DNA of 64,000 bases from Methanobacteriota archaeon (GTDB lineage: Archaea; Thermoplasmatota; E2; DHVEG-1). This document shows positions 58,401 through 64,000 of this stretch, piece by piece; the first letter of the stretch is position 1, and each line of letters opens with the position of its first letter. The position numbers were made by a program, and so were the translations under genes. Location: the NCBI GenBank assembly GCA_963769885.1, contig CAVYNH010000006.1, positions 352,001-416,000 on the forward strand, written 5' to 3'. The notes under the pieces were generated by a model. It was not told where the DNA came from. It made no database searches and saw only the letters and a program-made list of their open reading frames with translations.

Positions 58401-58746
58401 GGAAGACGAGGCTGCAGGCGCTGACGTGGGTGTCGTCGGTGTGTTGGAGGTCGTAGGCCTGAGAGTCGATTTCTTGGGGTCCGGTGCCGTCGTCGGCGGC
58501 GACGCGGATGGAGGTGTGGGTGTCGTTGATGGCCCAGCAGGGGTTGGTGAAGGTGACGCGGATGTCGATGGGCTGGTCGGCGGCGGTGGCGTTGCCGGTG
58601 TCGATGGGGAGGGTGAGGAGCTGTTTGTACTGGAGGGTTTCAATGGCGGTGTGCGGTGAGGGTGGCTGTGCGGTAAGTGTACTTGTCGTAAGGAGAAGGA
58701 GCGTAAAGGCTATCCAGAGCCGTCCTCGCGGTGATGCTGACGCCAT
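55459..58746 (-). CDS. Large secreted/membrane protein with carboxypeptidase-regulatory-like domains and C-terminal TM helices
   Basis: Signal peptide; TDQNGTA-type prealbumin-like repeats; several C-terminal TM segments. Confidence 0.75.
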   Translation of the reverse strand: MASASPRGRLWIAFTLLLLTTSTLTAQPPSPHTAIETLQYKQLLTLPIDTGNATAADQPIDIRVTFTNPCWAINDTHTSIRVAADDGTGPQEIDSQAYDLQHTDDTHVSACSLVFLIPEPTTSNTKFYVLYNPTETPPADYPTHITVEDTHYFYEPIPGQTIDFDYYGIRQDGYVVYTVVQKGQLLGNPIALAAIKFKPNSTAVETYNLDQLADFDLRYGVPGTPDYIGTAFATDIKKTILVTGTLMARVRLTCTSPQGEIASDNIYTYYYSPTTTKRITVDAHHTILKPITIPDPSIQDGLYAGIVSIKARSASIQKMNVGDILPSLSVYTTDGTIQNYTVPTSPQSTTPEIVLSPQDDINLGPQAWISLQDPATGKLHSIIFSATTGITNGTEDGLQVRSWAKQNVKLPGLEADSGTTALSRTAYHNGNHLTTIDQGNTYHYKAEFLTMEKTSTTPIGEESTLYQHLIQTVPIFRENTTATEKKTTRYNLTVYVRHAPSVPLGSLLSAALGKNLSYIYAELYQQTTFRSSGTVGRLSLGAISLNFSGTNLRQKLQMILGIFDLKNSSLHKKIRFPNLDLGTYVIKIYRENPRHAKEHQYIGVAVVNLTQDTTIHIRCRSQGTITVTLNDQTNTPVPNAYCTFTLDDATIAEAATDQNGTARLTAPCSPLKPYRLALNYRGFQIGTKTIRLTTLRHFIAMKTSFTLQRYRLSLTTTDTWGFPPAVDLNPALTSGDMTQPTAIHATTTQAGAYQFADIPPAPYRLSLSYKTFKVDRNLTIDKDTTLAIVFPAEFPINLTLYDSYANRLSHGSVSVQRQEKTNTTEITLDGTATISIPPGDYELLVQSGQETIAQQQVQVRGEKSLDLVTTQGSTLHALLTALGIAVAIGALVFFLWKRRPNPTLKIATVGLLIIALASPWWVLNGQTGVVSTTTNTLVIPPQIVTMTKATNAIGGEISAVPAEVTMVLGLLSLLVGIACVLLIISLVASLRLRKTTLIFSILAVIVILMILGVFYYAFSQVTQIGVGSFMGSGTLDVTLPGGTEQVKVPCSWGPGLGFCLIIAAAVLALLTIFARRIQGRLTRKAEAPKDTVLEQ

Positions 58747-58973
58747 GTCCACCTCTAAAAGTATTATTGCTATATTTATATAATTATTCTCCTTTTTATC
58801 TAGTCCTCCCTTGGTTTTTTTTGCCCGCTCATCAAGAATGGGTGGAGCCAGGCATGCTTTCATTTTATGGACGCTCGAGCGGCTCCTGGTGCAAACGCCC
58901 CCGGCTCCACCAAGCCTGAGGATTAAAATACCTCGGACCCCTTCTTTCCCCAGACCGAGATAAAGGACCAGTC

Positions 58974-59936
58974 ATGCCCCAGAAAGACCCTGACCACCCC
59001 TACCTCAACGACCTCGACACCGTCGGCTTCACCCCGATTTTCATCCTCGGCCTGCACCGCAGCGGCACCAGCATCCTCTACAAGACCCTCACCGCCACCG
59101 ACCGCTTCAACCCCATCACCGCATACCACCTCATCCGCTACCACGAACTCCTCACCCATTTTCACACCCACACCACAGACCAGGCGAAGACCGACCTCAC
59201 CGCCCTCCTCCACGCCAAAGGACAGACCGACCGCGGCATCGACCGCCTCCAACTCACCGCCGACTTCCCCGAAGAATACGGTTTCCTCCTCGGCCACCAG
59301 ACCATCCGTATGAACCTCACCCCCCGCACCCTCCTCCTCTTCACCACCCTCTGCAAGAAAATCCAGTACACCGCCCAGAACACCCGCCCCCTCCTCCTCA
59401 AAAACCCGTACGACTTCCCCAACTTCCGCTACCTCAAAGCCGCCTTCCCCACCGCCCGCTTCGTCTTCATCCACCGCCACCCCCTCAAGACCCTCAGCTC
59501 CACCCTCAACGCCTGGCAGCACCTCGTCCGCACCAAAAACCCGTACACCGAACAACTCGCCCGACACTACCAACAATCCAGCGACAACCCACTCCTCCAC
59601 CTCCCGCTACGCACCGTCTTCCTTGACGCACCCGAGCTCGGCGCCGTCGCCCTCACCGCCACCGCCGCGAAGGCGACCCGCTACTACCTCACCAACATCG
59701 CCAAACTCCCCGCACGCGACTACGTCTCCATCACCTACGAACAGCTCTGCAGCCGCCCACAGCAGACCCTCGACAAGATCCTCACCGCCCTCGGCGAGCC
59801 GCCGACCGACCTCGACGCCTCAACGCTCATCAGCCCCCGCGACGTCCCCATCGACCCCACCATCCAGAAGCTTGCCCCGTACATCAAGCGGGTCATGCGG
59901 CCGTACTGCGACGCCTTCGGCTACACCATCCCCTAA
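58974..59936 (+). CDS. PAPS-dependent sulfotransferase
   Basis: PIFILGLHRSGTSILY (5'-PSB), LLKNP, FIHRHP...S (3'-PB) and YEQL motifs. Confidence 0.9.
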   Translation: MPQKDPDHPYLNDLDTVGFTPIFILGLHRSGTSILYKTLTATDRFNPITAYHLIRYHELLTHFHTHTTDQAKTDLTALLHAKGQTDRGIDRLQLTADFPEEYGFLLGHQTIRMNLTPRTLLLFTTLCKKIQYTAQNTRPLLLKNPYDFPNFRYLKAAFPTARFVFIHRHPLKTLSSTLNAWQHLVRTKNPYTEQLARHYQQSSDNPLLHLPLRTVFLDAPELGAVALTATAAKATRYYLTNIAKLPARDYVSITYEQLCSRPQQTLDKILTALGEPPTDLDASTLISPRDVPIDPTIQKLAPYIKRVMRPYCDAFGYTIP

Positions 59937-61087
59937 CTCGCCTTGAGGTCCGCCAGGTCTTTTTTCCGATACGTCTTCCCGCACCAGCGGATCTCCCGCT
60001 TGACGCTGGAGACCACCGCGTTGTAGGCATACAAGAGGAACGCGATCGGCGCCAGCAGCCCGTACCAGATCCTGTACCTGAATTTCTCCGCTGGGTATCG
60101 CATCAGCCGCTGGAACGTCAGCAGCCCGATCCAGCCGTAGATTATCTCTAGGCCGATGGTCGCAAGGAAAAAGATGCCGAACACCGTGTCCCCCAATACG
60201 AACAGGACGGCATCCATGGCCAGGACCGCGGTCACAAACAACACGCCTAGGTAATAGATGATCCAGGCGGGGAGGCTGTACCAGCGGATCCAGGTGAGCT
60301 GCTGGCTGCCCCACTGGATGAAATTCCGAATGCTCGGCTCCGCTGGGCTTTCCGCCACGCACTGGGGGACGAACCGGATTTTGTATTTTGCCTTCTTCAT
60401 CGCGTGCGTCAGGATGAGATCGTCGGAGAGGCCCTGCCGCCAGCGCGTGGCGATCCCCAGCTCCTGGAACAGAGATTTTCGCACGGCCGTGGATCCCCCC
60501 CAAGCGAAGGTCGTGATCTGATAGAACATGGCGCTGACCGTGGAGAGGCTCCAGGTGGAGATTAACGCGGATTTCAGGTTCGTCGCAAAGAACCAGCGGT
60601 AACCCGTGGAGGCACCGACCTTCGCATCGGTCAGCGGAGCGACGAGGTCGGTGAGCCAGTCTGGATGCGGCCGGATGTCAGAGTCGGCGAAGACGAGAAT
60701 TTCGGCATCCGCACTGCGATCGATGCCCGTGAGTAGCGCCGAGATTTTCCCGCTCGTCCCGGGGACCGGCACGGCGTACTCCAGGCGGGTATGCGCGAGG
60801 CCCTGGATGACCTCGCTGACAACCGGGAACGCGGGGTCCTGCGGGGAATCCAAGACGAACAGGAGGCGATAGGCAGGGTACTTCTGACGGCAGAGCGCCT
60901 GAAGATTCTCCCGAAGACCTTCGCCTTTCCCTTTGCAGGGGACAATGACGCAGACCGACGGCGTCGTAGTCGGTCTCTCCTCCCTGCGTGTCTGGAAGTA
61001 CCCGATGATGAAGAGGAACGGCAGCGCCCCGATGCCGATGATCACGAGGCTCGCCAGGGAGAGCAGGAAGACGGTGACCGGCTCCAT
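59933..61087 (-). CDS. GT2/GT21 glycosyltransferase (ceramide-glucosyltransferase/HpnI-like)
   Basis: N-terminal TM; IVPCKG, FADSD, WGGS, SDD and QQLTW motifs; C-terminal TMs; IRWCGKTY. Confidence 0.88.
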   Translation of the reverse strand: MEPVTVFLLSLASLVIIGIGALPFLFIIGYFQTRREERPTTTPSVCVIVPCKGKGEGLRENLQALCRQKYPAYRLLFVLDSPQDPAFPVVSEVIQGLAHTRLEYAVPVPGTSGKISALLTGIDRSADAEILVFADSDIRPHPDWLTDLVAPLTDAKVGASTGYRWFFATNLKSALISTWSLSTVSAMFYQITTFAWGGSTAVRKSLFQELGIATRWRQGLSDDLILTHAMKKAKYKIRFVPQCVAESPAEPSIRNFIQWGSQQLTWIRWYSLPAWIIYYLGVLFVTAVLAMDAVLFVLGDTVFGIFFLATIGLEIIYGWIGLLTFQRLMRYPAEKFRYRIWYGLLAPIAFLLYAYNAVVSSVKREIRWCGKTYRKKDLADLKAS

Positions 61088-61229
61088 AGAGGTCTAGATG
61101 AAGGAAACGCCGACAACCCTTAAAAGATGTTCTCATCACAAAACCCAGGAAAAGAAATAATTCAGATTCCCTCACCGTCTCCCCCCAGTCCAATCCTTAT
61201 ATACCCAGATGCCGTACACGCCTCCCATC

Positions 61230-61826
61230 ATGAGCACCCTCCTGGCCGTCGAGCATTGCGAACGCGGCCTCTCCGACTGGCTCTTCCTAGAATACCGGCA
61301 CGCAGCCACGATCTGGGAACCCGACGTTCTCTTCACCAACGTCAGCAGCAAGACAGCCACAACGAAGCTCCTCACCATCGGCCACGTGACACGCGAGCCC
61401 GTCAACACCCACCTCAAAGGCCGCCGCTGCATCATCCTCGACCCCAAAGCCACCACACCCCTGTCAACCCGGGACTTCACCAGGCTGCATGCCATCGTCA
61501 TCGGCGGGATCCTCGGCTACAAGAACCCGCGCGGCCGCACCAAGACCCTGATCAGCGACCACTCATCCTTCGAGACCCGCCACATCGGCCCCATCCAACT
61601 CACCATCGACGGCGCCGCCCTCGTCGCCAAGGCCGTCGCCCTCGGCCTGCGCATCAAAGACATCGAGATCGCCTACGAAGTCGAAATCACCCACGACGCC
61701 GTCCACTCCACCATCCTGCCCTTCGGCTACCCGATCCTGGAGGGAAAACCCATCATCACCCCTGGCCTCATCGAGTACCTGATGAGGAAAGACGAACAAA
61801 AAAACAAAGAAAAGAAGTCGACTTAA
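61230..61826 (+). CDS. SPOUT methyltransferase, Sfm1-like
   Basis: VEH....WLFLEY, LDPKA, IGGILG...PRGRT, RHIGPIQLTIDGA and LPFGYP motifs. Confidence 0.85.
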   Translation: MSTLLAVEHCERGLSDWLFLEYRHAATIWEPDVLFTNVSSKTATTKLLTIGHVTREPVNTHLKGRRCIILDPKATTPLSTRDFTRLHAIVIGGILGYKNPRGRTKTLISDHSSFETRHIGPIQLTIDGAALVAKAVALGLRIKDIEIAYEVEITHDAVHSTILPFGYPILEGKPIITPGLIEYLMRKDEQKNKEKKST

Positions 61827-62077
61827 TTCTCCTTGACCGCAAGGTTCGTCGCGACCGGACCGCGCTTCGACTCCGAAACGCAGTACGTCACGCGATCCCC
61901 CTTCTCAAGAAAAATCGTCCAAAACGGCAGCACGGATTTATGGACGAACACCCGCTGACCATCCTCACCGCGGATGAACCCAAAACCCTTCCGCACATCA
62001 TAAAACGACACAATACCTTGAATACTCTCTTTCAAACACTCACTTTCTTCATTGAATTTTCTTTTCTGTGACATCAT
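61823..62077 (-). CDS. Cold-shock domain protein
   Basis: RNP1 KGFGFI, RNP2 VFVH; GPVATNL. Confidence 0.88.
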   Translation of the reverse strand: MMSQKRKFNEESECLKESIQGIVSFYDVRKGFGFIRGEDGQRVFVHKSVLPFWTIFLEKGDRVTYCVSESKRGPVATNLAVKEN

Positions 62078-62232
62078 AAGAAATCACTTTAAACTGGAAA
62101 ACGGAACATCAGGACTCGTTGTTCACCAAAAGGCTTGGCGACAAAACGCCGACTCTGTTTTCAACGGTTTGACCACCCCATACCATAAACGTCTTTAAAT
62201 ACTTTTCTCACCGTACCCACCGACCAACCACA

Positions 62233-62709
62233 ATGCCACCCGCCACCACCGGCACCATCAGAAGAGCCACCCCTGCGGACCTCCCCGCCATCATCGCACT
62301 CGAACAAGCCTGCTTCCCCGGCCCCCTCGCCTACTCACGTAGACAACTCCGTTACCTCCTCACCCACGCCCACAGCACCGTCCTCGTCGAAACCACAGAC
62401 ACCACGCTGCGCGGCTTCGTCATCATCCTCTACCGCCACGGATCAAAAACCGCCGGCATCGAAACCATCAACGTCGACCCCGCCCACCAACGCCGCGGCA
62501 TCGCCCGCCAGCTCCTCACCGCCGCCGAGACCGAGATGCACGCCCACGGCGTCCGTCGCATCCGCCTCGAAGTCTCCACACAAAACGCCCCCGCCCTCGC
62601 CCTCTACTACCAGGCAGGCTACCGAAAGACCGAGCTCCTCCCCAACTACTACATCTTCTCCCATCACGGTTCGCGCGACGCCTTCCGCATGGTCAAAGAC
62701 CTCACCTGA
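62233..62709 (+). CDS. GNAT acetyltransferase (RimI-like)
   Basis: VDPAHQRRGIA, LEV..QN..ALALY...GY...PNYY. Confidence 0.9.
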   Translation: MPPATTGTIRRATPADLPAIIALEQACFPGPLAYSRRQLRYLLTHAHSTVLVETTDTTLRGFVIILYRHGSKTAGIETINVDPAHQRRGIARQLLTAAETEMHAHGVRRIRLEVSTQNAPALALYYQAGYRKTELLPNYYIFSHHGSRDAFRMVKDLT

Positions 62710-64000
62710 TTCGAAGACACCCACTCCTCGTTCTGCAGCACACAATACCCCCTCGTGTGTGCCTCCATAATCGACAGCAGCCCCTCACGGAACTGCTCCG
62801 GCACATACGACATGCTGCATGTCGGCCCTTCATGAATCCGCTCCACATGGTCCAAGCTGTGGACTTCCGTACCACCGCCACCCTGCATCAGGAAAAACGA
62901 CTGCTCCTTCTCATCCTGATCCAGCTTCAGGTTCGCTGACTTCACCCGCATAGGGAACAATTCAATGGCCTCATCCGTATAATTGATGAGCCGCGGGTCA
63001 GTCTTATTGGCTGAGAGGAACAACAGAACCCCCATGCACTTCGAACACGTACCACACGGCATGACCTTCTCCCCTTCGATGTGGCACGAGTGGCATGACC
63101 GCTGGTTCTTCGCCAGCTCCGGGTACCGCGAAAACAAGATCCGCTCGACAACCAACCCAGTCACGGACCGCAGCGCGGACCACTGGACCAGCCCCGACAT
63201 CCGCCGGTTATACCACAGGTTCATCCGCTGGTCGAACGCGACATCCTGATCATAGACGCCGTAATAGTCAACAAGCCCCTTGAATGACGGCGTTATCCGT
63301 AAATCGTCGAACTCGCTGCCGAGGAGGAGATTGCCGATCCGGCGCTCAGAGAATAGAGGCATCAAAGAGAAGACATAGTATGGAAAGATGCACATGCGAA
63401 TGGGATAGACATCCGCCCGGATCTGCCGATGATCCTTCCTGATGAACGGCAGATGGTCAAGCATGAAAAGGTAGAATCGGTCCACGTTCGTCCACACCCG
63501 ATTGGTGTTCGGCTCGGTCTGCTGATGGTACCGATAGGCAGTCATCGCGGTGCGCCAATGTCCGCCGCTCTCATTGACGTAGAGCGGGTGGACGTCCATG
63601 CCCATTTCCTTGAGCATCCCGTAGGTCGTGAGGCTCTCTTTACCGCCGCTGGATAAGATTCCGCAGCGCTTGTTATTAAAATTTTGTTGCAGAGGGGCAT
63701 CCATGCTGATGCTCGCAGGGATGAACTGGGACTTTGGTTGCGCCGCCGCAGCGGTGGCCTCCTCCTCAGGAACTTGGTAGCCAGGAAGCAGGTAGTCTGC
63801 CGTGGGTTTCACCAGCTCATGGATGTAGGTCTCGCTGCAGAAGACCGTGTTGAGGTCGTTGAGCAGACCGAGGTCTGCCGAGCTGACGGGGAATTGTAAC
63901 GTGAACCGCTCGGTGAACAGGCCGTAGTTGAGCAACGGCATGCAGAAGGCGAGACGGAGCAGGGGGAGATGCTCAGGGGCAATCGGGTCCTGGTACTGCA
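62664..64000 (-). CDS. PP-loop ATPase-fold protein with C-terminal Cys/His metal site (QueC/MurL-like); 5' end outside the window
   Basis: LSSGGKES PP-loop variant; RSCHSCH...PCGTCSKC. Confidence 0.7.
   Translation of the reverse strand, partial: QYQDPIAPEHLPLLRLAFCMPLLNYGLFTERFTLQFPVSSADLGLLNDLNTVFCSETYIHELVKPTADYLLPGYQVPEEEATAAAAQPKSQFIPASISMDAPLQQNFNNKRCGILSSGGKESLTTYGMLKEMGMDVHPLYVNESGGHWRTAMTAYRYHQQTEPNTNRVWTNVDRFYLFMLDHLPFIRKDHRQIRADVYPIRMCIFPYYVFSLMPLFSERRIGNLLLGSEFDDLRITPSFKGLVDYYGVYDQDVAFDQRMNLWYNRRMSGLVQWSALRSVTGLVVERILFSRYPELAKNQRSCHSCHIEGEKVMPCGTCSKCMGVLLFLSANKTDPRLINYTDEAIELFPMRVKSANLKLDQDEKEQSFFLMQGGGGTEVHSLDHVERIHEGPTCSMSYVPEQFREGLLSIMEAHTRGYCVLQNEEWVSSNQVRSLTMRKASREP

Noticed and set aside
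58825-58835. Box C/D sRNA from a minus-strand TGATGA
   Set aside because: No matching D box (CTGA) at a suitable distance.
62664-64000. queC gene symbol
   Set aside because: Too long, and the PP-loop is SGGKES rather than SGGxDS; only fold-level similarity is supportable.

Overview
Archaeal chromosomal segment, most likely from Thermoplasmatota of the MBG-D/Thermoprofundales type. This is inferred from the archaeal ftsY-pfdA, pyrH and ether-lipid genes, the TATA-type promoters, and the many signal-peptide PKD/NosD/C25/M28 proteins. About 60 CDS are present: housekeeping genes (tmk, pyrH, ftsY, pfdA, ltaE, MscS, NUDIX, SPOUT, GNAT), an ether-lipid cluster, and a large secreted-peptidase/surface-protein set. 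There are two accessory, lower-GC zones. The first (~20.2-25.3 kb) has Doc, caspase and a Fic gene bracketed by a duplicated PIN-nuclease gene and a helically phased operator array. The second (~49.5-55.4 kb) has two full tRNA-Val(TAC) copies, a CBS-HPF hibernation-like protein, a lycopene-cyclase-like protein, a second UbiA and an RPH/PEP-synthase-like dikinase. The most unusual signals are: (1) kb-scale alternating A+C versus G+T skew domains that ignore gene orientation and reshape protein composition; (2) a perfect tRNA-Val that looks flipped between a promoter and terminator on the opposite strand; (3) a promoter-driven stem-loop sRNA with an anti-Shine-Dalgarno-like loop; (4) the integrase-free Fic/PIN direct-repeat cassette; (5) a shared C-terminal domain on unrelated secreted proteins; (6) several unannotated micro-ORFs. 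No CRISPR array, rRNA, transposase or integrase was seen. All assignments are by eye from motifs, and no searches were run.
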